DNA of 64,000 nucleotides from Polyangiaceae bacterium. Its GTDB lineage: Bacteria > Myxococcota_A > Polyangia > Polyangiales > Polyangiaceae. The number at the start of each line of letters is the position of its first letter. Within the stretch, counting starts at the first letter, position 1. Position numbers and translations under genes: made by a program. The DNA is taken from positions 96,001 to 160,000 of the forward strand of contig JBILLK010000007.1 of NCBI GenBank assembly GCA_044376115.1, in the 5' to 3' direction. Below, piece by piece: positions 9,511 through 19,818 of this stretch. The notes beneath the pieces are model-generated. The model did not search any database and was not told where the DNA came from. It was given only the letters and a program-made list of their open reading frames with translations.

Positions 9511-9840
9511 ATGAAGGCCGAGTACCAACATTCAGACGGTGAGGTGTTCACGCTCGAGCTCTCGCCCGATCAGTCGTTGCGCGACGCGCTGATCAAAGCA
9601 GGGCGCCCGCCACACAACGCGACCCGGTTCGCGAGCTGCCAAGGCTTCGGCACCTGTGGGACCTGCGCAGTCCAGATTGAAGGCGAGGTCGAGCCGAAGT
9701 CGCCTGGCGCCATTGAAGCTTGGCGTCTCGGCTTCCCGCCGCACAAGCGCGAGAGCGGGCTGCGCCTCGCCTGCCAGGTGAAGCCGTGCGGCGACCTCAA
9801 AGTCAAAAAGCACCCGGGCTACTGGGGGAACGAAGTCTAA
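9511..9840 (+). CDS. 2Fe-2S ferredoxin
   Basis: ATG at 9511. The motif CQGFGTCGTC...RLACQ provides four Cys ligands. Confidence 0.9.
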   Translation: MKAEYQHSDGEVFTLELSPDQSLRDALIKAGRPPHNATRFASCQGFGTCGTCAVQIEGEVEPKSPGAIEAWRLGFPPHKRESGLRLACQVKPCGDLKVKKHPGYWGNEV

Positions 9841-10042
9841 GGGCGGGCGCTCACGCGTCGGTAAGCCGCTCTCTGGTCCGCTGATGAAGGGGATGCCGCG
9901 CAGAGTGCTGACTCCTCTGTACGATCGGCGAGGGCCCGCGCGTAGAGACAGTTCGAGCTGCGAGGCCGAATCCCAGGACATGCGCGATGGAGAACCGCCC
10001 ATATGACCCAAGTACCCCGACCGCTCGTCGTCCCAATCCGCG

Positions 10043-11674
10043 ATGAGTGAGATCGACTGGTCTTCAAAGGAGCATCTTGCGGACGATGTACCCGAGCTGC
10101 TGGAGCTTTTGCCCTCTGACGACGAGGGTGCTGTCGAGGAAGCGTTCGACGGGATCTTCGAGCGATTCGTTGCTCGGGACGGCACGTCGACGAGCGCCGC
10201 CACGGACATGGTCACCGCCCTTCTGGATCTCCTGGCCGAGGTCGCGCATCCTGGCCCGGTGCTCCTGCTGATCGCCGAGATCCTGGGTGGAGACCACCTG
10301 CGTCAATGGGTCAGTCAAGAGCTCCTGTCCAGTGAAGGAGCGGCGATCGCCATCGCGAGGCACACAGCTTGGTTGCCGCTTCTCGAGAGCGACGTCGGCT
10401 CTGTTCGGGCTTGCGCGACCGTTCTTGCATCGACCGTCCGGGCGTCGGGTGCTGTGGCAGCCCTCTCTGCGATGGCGACGCTGGACCCCGACCCGATCGT
10501 GCGCGCGTCGGCCATCCTCGCGCTTGCTCCCTTCGAGAGCCCCGATTCCCTAGAGGCATGGGAGCGCGCCCGCGTCTCGGGCGAGCCAGTGCTGATCGGC
10601 GCGGTCGCGCTGGCCGCCCTTCGCGTGGACCCGTCGCGCAGCTTCGAGCAAGAGGTCGGCGGGCTCGAGGCGTGGCTTTCGTGGGATGCGCCACGCTGGT
10701 CGCCCGAGCGGACCGAATTCCCATGGTTCGAATGCGCCTGGGCGTCGACGTACGCCCTGGCCCGCCCACATGACGGACAATCTCGCGTGGTCGCCGAGCT
10801 CGCGCGACATCGCAACGCCACGCGCGAACTCTCGGCGCTGCTCCTTGCTCGTGCGGCCGCGACCGAAGCTGGCCCGTTTACGCGTCGAGCCGGGGCGCTC
10901 ATCGCTGACCTCGGCGGCCTCATGGCCCGCTGGGTTCACTCCGATACGCCCGAGGTGGAGCCTTTCGTGGCGTTCACCGCCGAAGAGCAAGCGACGATTC
11001 GCGAACTTGCTGCGACCCCTCTGCTGCCCAACGCCACGCGCCAGATGCCTGCCGCAGGCCTTCCTCGACGCCGCTGGGCGGAGATGGATCCCTCTTCGCC
11101 ATCGACTCCGGACCTTCTTGACCGATGGGAGTCAGCGGTGCAGACCTTCTCGGGTGCCTACGGGGGAATGGCCCCTGCACCTTGCCTCCCTCTGGAGGCA
11201 ACGGAGCTTGCTCTCGCGGTTTCGGCGGTCGTCGATCCGACGAGGATGACCCCCGTCCTCGACGACATCGCGCTGCGGTTCACTCACAGCGAGCGGGAGG
11301 GCTTCGCGCCCCGGCGGAGCAGCGCGCTCACCGTCGTCGCGTTGCTTCCGCTCGTCCGCGCGGGAGTCTCTCTCTCTCCGCAGTGGGATGTCATCATCGC
11401 GCCATCGCTCGATCCGCTCGCGACGGAGGTGTTCTCGTCGCTCGAGCTCTCGCGTCGCGAACCAATTCTCTGGAGAGAGCTCTCTTCCCGCGGTGAGAGG
11501 GAAGTTGCGGGAACGAAGGAAGCTGTCGCGGCCGTGCACCTGGCGCCGTCCCCAAGGATCGTGGCAGCGCTTCGGGCGCGGTTAGCACACCGCGTGGTTG
11601 CCGGCTTCTTTGGACCCGGGATCGAGGACCTCCGACGCCAGGTCGATGCCGCCGAGTCGATGCGTCCGTCCTAG
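10043..11674 (+). CDS. Hypothetical HEAT-repeat-containing protein
   Basis: 543-aa ORF with GC-typical codon use and HEAT-like units (LLESDVGSVRACATVL; DPDPIVRASAILALA). Confidence 0.6.
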   Translation: MSEIDWSSKEHLADDVPELLELLPSDDEGAVEEAFDGIFERFVARDGTSTSAATDMVTALLDLLAEVAHPGPVLLLIAEILGGDHLRQWVSQELLSSEGAAIAIARHTAWLPLLESDVGSVRACATVLASTVRASGAVAALSAMATLDPDPIVRASAILALAPFESPDSLEAWERARVSGEPVLIGAVALAALRVDPSRSFEQEVGGLEAWLSWDAPRWSPERTEFPWFECAWASTYALARPHDGQSRVVAELARHRNATRELSALLLARAAATEAGPFTRRAGALIADLGGLMARWVHSDTPEVEPFVAFTAEEQATIRELAATPLLPNATRQMPAAGLPRRRWAEMDPSSPSTPDLLDRWESAVQTFSGAYGGMAPAPCLPLEATELALAVSAVVDPTRMTPVLDDIALRFTHSEREGFAPRRSSALTVVALLPLVRAGVSLSPQWDVIIAPSLDPLATEVFSSLELSRREPILWRELSSRGEREVAGTKEAVAAVHLAPSPRIVAALRARLAHRVVAGFFGPGIEDLRRQVDAAESMRPS

Positions 11675-11718
11675 GCTTGCTCTGCCGCTCTTCAAGATGC
11701 AGGCTCCGAGCGTGCTCG

Positions 11719-14700
11719 TCACGCCTGACCCGGCCGACTTGCTTGCGATCGATCAGACGCTGAGAGCTCAGCGGATCTACGACGGCGCCACTTCATCCAC
11801 GCCTCGCGTAGATCGTCGAGCCACACGTACATCACCGGCGTCGCGAGGAGCGTGAGCAGCAGTGCGAGCGTCTGACCGCCCACCAGCCCGACGGCGATCG
11901 CCCGGCTTGTGCCGGAGCCTGGACCGTTCGAGACGACGAGGGGCAGCAGCCCAGCGACGAAGGCGACCGTCGTCATCAGGATTGGCCTGAGCCGCTGGAC
12001 GTTGCCGAGGATCACAGCCTCTGTCCGCTCCATGCCGCGGGCGCGCAGCGCGATCACGTGGTCGACCTGAAGGATGCTGGTCTTCTTCACGATGCCGAAG
12101 AGCACGAGGAAGCCCAGCGCAGAGAACAGGTTCAGGCTTTGTCCGCCGACGAGCAGCGATCCGAGGGCGAACGGAAGCGTGAGGGGGAGTGAGGCGAGGA
12201 TGGTAATCGGGTGCAGCCAGCTCTCGAACTGCGCCGCGATCACGAGGTACATGAACACGAACGAGAGCAGGATCGCTGTGAGGAAGGCGTCCCCGGCCTT
12301 CTCCATCTCGCTGGCGTTACCAATGACCTCGGCTCGATACCCGGCAGGGAGCTTCAGCTCGCGAAAGGACTGCTCGAGCGCTCCGACGACCGCGTCGTCG
12401 GAGGTGCCCGGCACCGTGTTCATGAACAGCGTCACCTGCCGCTGTCGGTTGGTCCTTCGAATGATCGGGGGCGCGGCGGCGTCTTGAATCGACCCCAGCT
12501 GGGGGAGGTACACCCTGCTGCCGTCCTCGGAGCGCGCCGCGATCGGTCGGCTCGTCTCGCTTGGCGGACCGAGCGGGGTTCGGACCGAGAGGACGGCGGG
12601 GAAGGTGGCGTCTTCGGCCTCGCGCGGCGCACGTACGGCGCCGACGACTACACCTTTGCGACCAACGAGGCCGAGGGTCTCGGCGAGCTCGGCGTGAGAG
12701 ACACGGTGCTCCTTCATCCGCTCCCGGGTCCCGACGAACGCGAGGTCGCGAGCAGGCGGTGCCGAGGTCACCCCGTGGTCGGTGGTGCCCTGCAGCTTTC
12801 GGGCGTCGTCGAGTAGCGCCGAGGCGGCGACATCGAGGGTGCCGAGATCGTCCCCGCGGAGCACGAACTGGACGGCTGCGCCGTCGGGCCCCGCAGATCC
12901 GAAGTCGCTGACCGGGCTCACCATCACGAGCACCTCCGGCGGGAGCGCTTCAGCGAGCCGTGCGCGGATTTCCTCGACCGCCTCGCGCTGCACGCCGCGT
13001 CGGTCGAGCGCGACGTAGATGGTCGCCTCGTGCGAGCCGCGAACCGGGTCGTCTTCGGGGGCGCCTGCCGCAGTCACGGTGCGCGCCACCTCCGGGTTCG
13101 TCCGCGTCAGCGCCGCGGCGCGCTCAGCCACCAGCGCGGTCTGCTCGACGACGGTGCCGGGCGGCATCCGCAGGTAGATCTCGAAGCGGGCCTCGTCCTC
13201 ATACGGGAGGAAGGTCTTGGGCAGCGCGGCGCCGATCGGCAGGATCGCGACGAGCGAGGCGAGGCAAGCAAGCGCGACGATCTTCGGTCGACGGAGCGCG
13301 GCGCGCAGCAAGACCTCGTAGCCCCTTTCGAGCGCGCCGCCGCCGTGCGCTGTTGCCGGTGCCTGCGAGACCTTGGGCGCCTTCAGCCAGCGCGCACACA
13401 ACATCGGCGTCAGCGTGAAGGCCACGACCAGCGAGAGCAAGATCGAGACCGACATCGTAAGCCCGAAAGACGAGAGGAAGCGCCCGACGATGCCGCTCAT
13501 GAAGCCGATCGGGAGGAACACCGCGACCAGCGAGAGCGTCGTTGCAAGCACGGCTAGCGAGATCTCGCGCGTCGCTTCGAGCGTAGCGGCGACTGGATCG
13601 AGCTGCTTCTCCTCAAGGATTCGATAGACGTTCTCGATCACGACGACCGCGTCGTCGATGACGATGCCGACCGCGAGGGTGAGGCCAAGCAACGACAGCA
13701 TGTTGAGCGAGATGCCCAGCCATCCCAGTACCGCGAAGGTCCCGATCACCGACGTGGGGATCGCGAGAGCGGCGATGACGGTGGCGCGACCACTGCGCAG
13801 AAAGAGCAGGATCACGAGCGCCGCGAAGATCGATCCGAGCACGAGGTGCTCTTCGACGGCGCGGAGGGAGGCCTCGACGAAGACTCCTTCGTCGCGTACG
13901 ACGGTGAGCTCGACGCCCTCGGGGAGGCCTGCTTCGGAGACCGACGCGAGCCGTGCGCGTACCTCTGCGAGCACCTCGAGGGTGTTCGCGCCCGACCGCT
14001 TGCTGACCGAGACGAGCACGGTCGACTGCCCCGAGAGGGCCGCGAGCGAGGTCGGCGTCGCGCTCGCGTCTCGCAGCTCCGCCACGTCCGCGAGCTTCAC
14101 GGGTTCGGCGCCACGCGAGCCGAGCACGACCTGCCCCAGCTGCTCAGGCGATCGGGCCTTCGCGTCGAGGCGCAGCTGCTGCTCTCGCTCGCCGATGGCG
14201 ACGGCACCTCCCGGCGCGTCGAGGTTCTCGAGCTGGAGCGCTCGCGTGACGTCGGTGGGGGTGAGCCCCGCGGACTCCAGGCGCTCGAGGGAGAGCTCGA
14301 CGCGCAGCGCGCGCTCGGAGCCGCCGCTGATGCGGACGCTGCCGACGCCGTCCACCGAGGCGAGGTCGCGCTTCAGGCGCCGCTCGGCGAGCTGGCTGAG
14401 CTCGACCGGGGTGTGCGAGCGTGAGGAGGTGAGGGCGATCACCAGGATCGGTGCCGCGTTAGCGTCGAAGAGCTCGGCGCGCGGGGTCCCAACCGAGCGC
14501 GGGAGCGAGACCCGGGCGAGCTTGTCGCGAGCCTCCTGGGCCGCCTCGGCGCCCGGCTTCTCCAGCGCGAACTGCGCCATGACGACACTGACGCCTTCCT
14601 GGCTGGTGGAGTCGACGCGGGTGAGCCCGCCGATCGTTCCGAGCGCCTCTTCGATCGGGCTCGTTACGTCGGTCTCGACCTGACCGGATGAGAGCCCGTC

Positions 14701-14856
14701 GGCGATGGTGGTCACCGTCACGATCGGGACGTCCACCGATGGGTAGCGCTCGACGGGCAGTCCGCGCAAGGTCGCGAGGCCCGCGACAACCATCGCCAGC
14801 ATGAGCACCCACGTGAAGACCGGTCGCGCTACGAAGACGCGGAGGGCGCTGCTCAT
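11719..14856 (-). CDS. RND efflux transporter permease (AcrB/AcrD/AcrF family)
   Basis: Real start MSSALRVFVARPVF at 14856 (ATGA overlap with the TolC gene). Contains GIVIDDAVVVIENV, RLRPILMTT and two TM clusters. Confidence 0.95.
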   Translation of the reverse strand: MSSALRVFVARPVFTWVLMLAMVVAGLATLRGLPVERYPSVDVPIVTVTTIADGLSSGQVETDVTSPIEEALGTIGGLTRVDSTSQEGVSVVMAQFALEKPGAEAAQEARDKLARVSLPRSVGTPRAELFDANAAPILVIALTSSRSHTPVELSQLAERRLKRDLASVDGVGSVRISGGSERALRVELSLERLESAGLTPTDVTRALQLENLDAPGGAVAIGEREQQLRLDAKARSPEQLGQVVLGSRGAEPVKLADVAELRDASATPTSLAALSGQSTVLVSVSKRSGANTLEVLAEVRARLASVSEAGLPEGVELTVVRDEGVFVEASLRAVEEHLVLGSIFAALVILLFLRSGRATVIAALAIPTSVIGTFAVLGWLGISLNMLSLLGLTLAVGIVIDDAVVVIENVYRILEEKQLDPVAATLEATREISLAVLATTLSLVAVFLPIGFMSGIVGRFLSSFGLTMSVSILLSLVVAFTLTPMLCARWLKAPKVSQAPATAHGGGALERGYEVLLRAALRRPKIVALACLASLVAILPIGAALPKTFLPYEDEARFEIYLRMPPGTVVEQTALVAERAAALTRTNPEVARTVTAAGAPEDDPVRGSHEATIYVALDRRGVQREAVEEIRARLAEALPPEVLVMVSPVSDFGSAGPDGAAVQFVLRGDDLGTLDVAASALLDDARKLQGTTDHGVTSAPPARDLAFVGTRERMKEHRVSHAELAETLGLVGRKGVVVGAVRAPREAEDATFPAVLSVRTPLGPPSETSRPIAARSEDGSRVYLPQLGSIQDAAAPPIIRRTNRQRQVTLFMNTVPGTSDDAVVGALEQSFRELKLPAGYRAEVIGNASEMEKAGDAFLTAILLSFVFMYLVIAAQFESWLHPITILASLPLTLPFALGSLLVGGQSLNLFSALGFLVLFGIVKKTSILQVDHVIALRARGMERTEAVILGNVQRLRPILMTTVAFVAGLLPLVVSNGPGSGTSRAIAVGLVGGQTLALLLTLLATPVMYVWLDDLREAWMKWRRRRSAELSASDRSQASRPGQA

Positions 14857-16184
14857 CGCGCACCTCCTTCGAGCTCGCGCCGCGCCAGGGCGAGACGGAG
14901 CTCGGTCTCGGCGTCGAGCTCGCCAAGCTCTGCCGCAAGGTGAGCCGACTCCGCGGCGATCACGTCGGTGATCGTCGTGACGCCGCGCTCGAGCTCGGCT
15001 CTCCGCTGCTCTGCGAGCCCGCGCGCCAGCTCGGACCGCGCCTTCGCCAGGCGCCGGAGTTCGTCGCTGGACCCGACGCGAAGCTCCGTCTCGCGCTTCG
15101 CCCGGCTCGACTCGGAGGTCGCCTGCTCGAGCCGGGCGCGCGCTGCAGCGGTCTCCGCTTGTGCGCGTCGTCGGGCGGTGCTGCCCACGGTGAGGCTCGA
15201 GAGCGACCATTCGAGCTGTGCGGTCAGCTCCCACGTGGGTACCGCGGTGAGGTCCGTTGCACCAAAGGCCCGCGCGCTCGGAGCGCTGACGTCGCCCGCC
15301 GCGATGAGCGACACGCGCGGTACGAGCGCGAGCGAGGCCTCGGTTTCTCGCAACAGGGCCGCCTCCACATGGGCATTCGCCGCCCGGATCGACGCGTCCT
15401 CGCGCGCGCTGTGGCGGGGTGCGAGCGCGTCCTCCGGGAGCGGAACAACGACGGGGTGCGGCGCTTGCGCCAGGCCGGGGACGAAGACCGAGAGCGCGGT
15501 GAGCCCGCTCTCGACCTCGACCGCTGCGCGAGCGACCGACTCTTTGCGATCGAGCGCGCTCCCGCGCAGGAGCAGGACGTCGGCGGGTGAGCTGCGGCCG
15601 GCCTCGAGGTCGAGCTCTGCGACGCGAACCTGCAGATCTGCGACGTCCCGCGCGCGCCCTGCGATCTCGAGCGCGAGCCATGCGCGTCGGTAGGAGAGGA
15701 AGGTGACCCGCGCTTCGAATGCGACGCGATCGCGAGTCGCCTGCTCGCTCTCTTCGCAAGCTTCTACGCTAAGGCTCGCCGCGGGCGCGCTGAGCGACCA
15801 CCTCACGATCGAGTCGGTAAGAGGAACGACGACGGTCGCGCGCAACGCGAAGTTGTCGAGCACCTGCGGCAGCGTCACGGCCGACTCCGGTGGTGCGCCG
15901 GGGAACGTCAACGTGCGGAAGCGCTCGGGGAGGCTCGAGAGGCGGGTGTAGCGAGCTTGCAGGGCGACCTCGGGTACGGTGCTCCAGAGCACGGCGTCCC
16001 GCTCGCTTTCTGCGATGGAGCATGCGGCGCGGGTCTCGCGGAGCGCCGGGTGAGCCGCGAGGACCGCCTCGACGTAAGCCTGCTCCGACAGCTCGAGAAG
16101 GGCGGCTTCGTCGGCGCGCGCGACGGGGGCGTGCGCGGTGTGGATGAAGAGACTCGCTGCAATGAAGAGCTGCGTCTTGTTCAC
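14853..16184 (-). CDS. TolC-family outer membrane efflux protein
   Basis: Signal peptide and long amphipathic helices; lies between the MFP and RND genes with ATGA overlaps. Confidence 0.85.
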   Translation of the reverse strand: MNKTQLFIAASLFIHTAHAPVARADEAALLELSEQAYVEAVLAAHPALRETRAACSIAESERDAVLWSTVPEVALQARYTRLSSLPERFRTLTFPGAPPESAVTLPQVLDNFALRATVVVPLTDSIVRWSLSAPAASLSVEACEESEQATRDRVAFEARVTFLSYRRAWLALEIAGRARDVADLQVRVAELDLEAGRSSPADVLLLRGSALDRKESVARAAVEVESGLTALSVFVPGLAQAPHPVVVPLPEDALAPRHSAREDASIRAANAHVEAALLRETEASLALVPRVSLIAAGDVSAPSARAFGATDLTAVPTWELTAQLEWSLSSLTVGSTARRRAQAETAAARARLEQATSESSRAKRETELRVGSSDELRRLAKARSELARGLAEQRRAELERGVTTITDVIAAESAHLAAELGELDAETELRLALARRELEGGAR

Positions 16185-17317
16185 GGCATCACCGCCCGGC
16201 CGTCAGCGACGTCGGAGCTGGGCGAGCGGACCACCCGCTCGCCTGGCAAGGCGTTCCTCACGGCGAGACCATCGGGGAGTTCGCGCTCGACCTCCAGAAG
16301 TCGCTCCTCGATGCGGTCGTCGACCACGAAGAAGCCACGGCTCACGCCAGCGAAGGTCCTCACAGTGTCCAGCGGTAGGACCACCAGGCTCTTCGAGTCG
16401 GTGTGGACGCGCACCCCAACGCGCGCGCCGAGAGGCAGTCCCGACGTCTGTTTGATTTCGGCCTCGACTCGCACCGCACGGGTCAGCGGATCCACCTCGG
16501 GAGCGATGCGCGAGACCCTCGCTTCGAGCCCACGCTCTGACGATACGACCGCGCCCTCGGCGACCGAACTCAGCTCTTCGGGCGGCACGTCGAAGGACAG
16601 GCGGAGTCCGCTCGTGTCGAGCACCCGCAGCGCCGGGGTGCCGGGGCCCAGCACGTCGCCGCGCTGCACGATCACCGCCGCGACGACGCCATCGAACGGC
16701 GCGCGAAGCACGCTCGCCTCGACGGCGACGCCGGTCTGGCGCAGCTCCACCCGAGCTTGCTCGGCCCGCGCTCGCGCGACGCTCGCTCCAGCTCGGGCCC
16801 CTATCCAGGCGGCGCGCGCGGAGGTCGCTTCGTGGCGCAGGCGCGAGAGCTCCAGCTCGGGGACGGCCCCTCGCGCGGCGACCGACTCAGCGCGCGTCAG
16901 CGCATCCTGGGCCGTTTCCAGCGTCGACCGCGCTGACGTGACCTCGGGCGTCTCCCCCTCGTTGCCCGCACCCGCGAGCGCCGCCTCCGCCTGACGCAGC
17001 GCGAGGCTCGCGCTGTCGCGAGCGAGCTCTGCGTCCTCCGCCCGGAGGGTGAGGAGCGCGTCTCCAGAGCGCACCTTTTGCCCGAGGGTCACGAGCACCC
17101 GCTCGACGCGCCCGCCCGTCGGGGAAGAGAGCGTCGCACCAACGGAGGGCTCGAGGGTCGCGACGTAGGTCGGTCCCATGGCGACCGTCCGTTGCAACAC
17201 GACGTCGACCTCGACGGCCACCGGGGCCGCCGGAGCCATCGGCGTGGGAGGAGGGTCCGCACAGTGAAGGGACAGGAAGAGCGAGAGGCAAACTCCGACA
17301 CGGCCGGCGACGGTCAT
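16181..17317 (-). CDS. RND periplasmic adaptor (membrane fusion protein)
   Basis: Start MTVAGRVGVCLSLFLSLHC at 17317 (lipobox-like). Contains GRVERVLVTLGQKVRSGDAL, LRAPFDGVV and IAPEVDPLTR. Confidence 0.9.
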   Translation of the reverse strand: MTVAGRVGVCLSLFLSLHCADPPPTPMAPAAPVAVEVDVVLQRTVAMGPTYVATLEPSVGATLSSPTGGRVERVLVTLGQKVRSGDALLTLRAEDAELARDSASLALRQAEAALAGAGNEGETPEVTSARSTLETAQDALTRAESVAARGAVPELELSRLRHEATSARAAWIGARAGASVARARAEQARVELRQTGVAVEASVLRAPFDGVVAAVIVQRGDVLGPGTPALRVLDTSGLRLSFDVPPEELSSVAEGAVVSSERGLEARVSRIAPEVDPLTRAVRVEAEIKQTSGLPLGARVGVRVHTDSKSLVVLPLDTVRTFAGVSRGFFVVDDRIEERLLEVERELPDGLAVRNALPGERVVRSPSSDVADGRAVMP

Positions 17318-17356
17318 GGGAACACGGTGGTCACTGCGTCTCTGCAGGGCCCGTCG

Positions 17357-17413
17357 TTCCCGACGACTGGTCCATCCGCCCCGACGAGTCGTGCCTGCGG
17401 CGGGACGAACCGC
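17357..17413 (-). promoter_or_regulatory. Three direct repeats with 21-bp periodicity, probable LytTR binding boxes upstream of the efflux operon
   Basis: The core GACGA (+ strand) starts at 17362, 17383 and 17404, spaced 21/21 bp. On the minus strand the units read ggTTCGTCccg, gaCTCGTCggg and caGTCGTCggg. They lie between the LytTR gene and the MFP start. Confidence 0.65.
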
Positions 17414-17421
17414 AGCCTCCC

Positions 17422-18189
17422 TCAGTCCTCCCGTCCGACTCCGATCGACACCTCGAGCAGACGCTCCTTCACGAAGGCCAGGCGATCTCGGGCTACCGGG
17501 ACGCGGAGCTTCCCGGCCTCCCCGAGCGCGAGGGTCACCTCGCCGCCATCCCGGGTCAGCTCCCGCACGTGCTTCATCGCGACGAGCCAGCTGCGATGCG
17601 CCCGAACGAACGAGGCCCCGAAGGCCGCCTCGAGCGCCGTCAGCGAGAGATCGAGATCCAGCCTGCCTTCCGCGGTGTGAACGAAGGAGAGCCGACCCTC
17701 GGCTTCGAAGGCCCAGACCTCCGACTCCCGCAGGAACCGCAGCGAGCGCTGACGACGCGCGACGACGCGCCGCTCCTCTGCGACTGCTGTCGCGGGAGCC
17801 TGCGGCCGCGCCGCGCGCACGCGCAAGAGCGCCTCTCTTACGCGCTCCTTCGTGAACGGCTTGAGCAGGTAGTCGACGATGCCAAGCTCGAAGGCCGCCA
17901 GCGCGTGCTCGCGAGACGCCGTCGTCAGCACGAAGTGCGGGCACCTCGGCCTTGCGCGCGCGCTGCGCACGAAGTCGAGCCCGGCGGTCTCGGCACGCTC
18001 GGCGCCGACGAGGTGGACGTCCACGAAGGCGACGTCGAGCTCCACGCCCGAGGTCAGTACGAACTGCGCCTCATCTGGATCCGAGACCGCCGCCTCGACG
18101 CGCGCGATGCCGACGGACTCGACGAGCTCCACGAGGTAGCTGCGAGCGGCCCGCTCGTCCTCGAGGATGAGGGCGCGGAGCGGGGTCAT
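17422..18189 (-). CDS. LytR/AlgR-family response regulator (REC + LytTR)
   Basis: Start MTPLRALILEDE at 18189. Contains DVAFVDVHL, AFELGIVDYLLKP and the LytTR segment FVRAHRSWLV...VPVAR. Confidence 0.93.
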   Translation of the reverse strand: MTPLRALILEDERAARSYLVELVESVGIARVEAAVSDPDEAQFVLTSGVELDVAFVDVHLVGAERAETAGLDFVRSARARPRCPHFVLTTASREHALAAFELGIVDYLLKPFTKERVREALLRVRAARPQAPATAVAEERRVVARRQRSLRFLRESEVWAFEAEGRLSFVHTAEGRLDLDLSLTALEAAFGASFVRAHRSWLVAMKHVRELTRDGGEVTLALGEAGKLRVPVARDRLAFVKERLLEVSIGVGRED

Positions 18190-19283
18190 GTTCGAGGCCG
18201 CTCCGGGAGCGTCACCTGTGCGCGCGTGCGGCCGGCGCCGGACGTCCCCGACTCTTCGCGCTCGAACGAGAGCGTCGCGCCTCCTGCTGGAAAGTGCAGC
18301 GTGAGGCGGCGCTCGACGAGCTCGATGCCCTGCCCCCCAGGTCGTCGTTCCCCCAACGCCGGACCGTCGTTCTCGACGCTGACGCGGACCGCGCTCCCCA
18401 TCGACTCGACCTTCACGTGGACCTTGCCACGCTTCACTCGCAGCGCGCCATGTTGCAGCGCGTTTTCGATCAGCGGTTGGATCAAGAGCGCCGGTACTTC
18501 GCGCGCTGCGAGTGCCGGGTCGACCTCCCAACTGATAGCGAGCTGATCCGGGAAACGCAGCTCGTAGATTGAGGCGTAGCGACGAAGCCAGGCGATCTCG
18601 TCGTCGAGCGGGCGCCACTCCTCGGTGCGGTTCGCGTCGCGGAAGAGATCTCCAAGGTGACCGAGCAGCTCCCGCGCTTGGGCCGGCTCGTCGACGAGCA
18701 TCCCGGAGATCGCGTTCATCGTATTCAGCATGAAGTGCGGCTCGAGGTGGCTGCGGAGGCGCAGGAGCTCCGCCTCGGAGAGGGCCTGCCGCAGCGCCGC
18801 GGTGCGCTCGGCATGGGCGCGCAAGACCGCCGGAAAGAAGAAGAGCCCGGTCCAGGCGGCGGTCAGCGGGATCGCGTCGGCGAGCGACGAGGAGATCCCG
18901 TAGAGCAGCGTTTGGGGCTCGCTGCTGTCGAGCGCGCTCCACGAGGGAACCCTCAGCTGGATCATCACCGTGACGAAGTAGACCGCGATCGAGGCCAAGA
19001 GCGTGAGCCCGATCGACACGCCGATGGCCGTACGCAGCGCCACACGTCTGCGGAGCAGTGCGTGGAAAGACAGCACCAGCGTGACCAGCGCGCCGGCCAC
19101 GGTGAGCCCGAGCCAGAGCAGCGCCGCCAAGACGAGCTGCATCGAGTAGACGTCAAAATACGCTCGCACGAGGAGCGGCAATGCCACCAGCGCGAGCGTC
19201 AGCACGAACACGACCGCCGCGAGCCTCACCATCTGCCCGAGCGGGATCGGCGGGCCGTCGAGCGTCAACCTTGCTTGGTGCAC
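18186..19283 (-). CDS. LytS/YehU-family membrane sensor histidine kinase
   Basis: N-terminal TM helices, LRSHLEPHFMLNTMNAI (His box), LIQPLIENALQHG, VENDG and GQGIELV. Confidence 0.93.
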   Translation of the reverse strand: MHQARLTLDGPPIPLGQMVRLAAVVFVLTLALVALPLLVRAYFDVYSMQLVLAALLWLGLTVAGALVTLVLSFHALLRRRVALRTAIGVSIGLTLLASIAVYFVTVMIQLRVPSWSALDSSEPQTLLYGISSSLADAIPLTAAWTGLFFFPAVLRAHAERTAALRQALSEAELLRLRSHLEPHFMLNTMNAISGMLVDEPAQARELLGHLGDLFRDANRTEEWRPLDDEIAWLRRYASIYELRFPDQLAISWEVDPALAAREVPALLIQPLIENALQHGALRVKRGKVHVKVESMGSAVRVSVENDGPALGERRPGGQGIELVERRLTLHFPAGGATLSFEREESGTSGAGRTRAQVTLPERPRT

Positions 19284-19439
19284 TGTCCCGTGAGCATGCT
19301 TTCATCCTACCGGCGTCAGAGCCTTCTACAAGCGATCGCTCGGCGCCGGCTTGTCCCATCGAAGCGCGGATGGACGCCTTTGTGTTCAGACCTGCCTCGG
19401 ATTTGCGGAGGCGAGGTCGTCCCCTGAGGGGCGGCGCGC

Positions 19440-19774
19440 CGCCCACGGTCGAGCTGCTCAACGCATCCGACTCGACCTCGGCCGCCTTCGGTGCGCGTTA
19501 TGATCGCGACTGGGAGCACCTTGATGGCACGGACGGTTGGCCGACGACGGCGCCCGTGGGCAGCTTTCAAAAGGGCCGCACCACGCAGGGCGTCGACGAC
19601 ATGGCTGGGAACGTATGGGAGTGGACGGCCACCCTCGACCCGGACGACGGCAGCCGCATGATCCGCGGAGGCAGCTGGGGTGATCGCGAGCCAAGCGCCT
19701 TCATGGTTGGCGCGCAACGCTGGAACGACCCGGACAAATACGTCGGCCTCGTCGGCTTTCGCTGCGCGAGGTGA
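19440..19774 (+). pseudogene. Orphan C-terminal fragment of an FGE-sulfatase (SUMF1/C-type-lectin fold) domain
   Basis: Contains TAPVGSF..G.T..GVDDMAGNVWEW...RMIRGGSW...VGFRCAR*. The N-terminal half of the domain and a credible start are missing. Confidence 0.7.
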
Positions 19775-19818
19775 TCCGCTCCCGCGGCGAAGGGTCGCAG
19801 GCGCGGCGGGTACCGCCT

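Noticed and set aside
14857..15759. N-terminal ~300 aa of the 1346-aa RND ORF call
   Set aside because: Arg-rich shadow translation overlapping the TolC gene. The real start is MSSALR at 14856. The long extensions called on the MFP and LytTR ORFs are rejected for the same reason.
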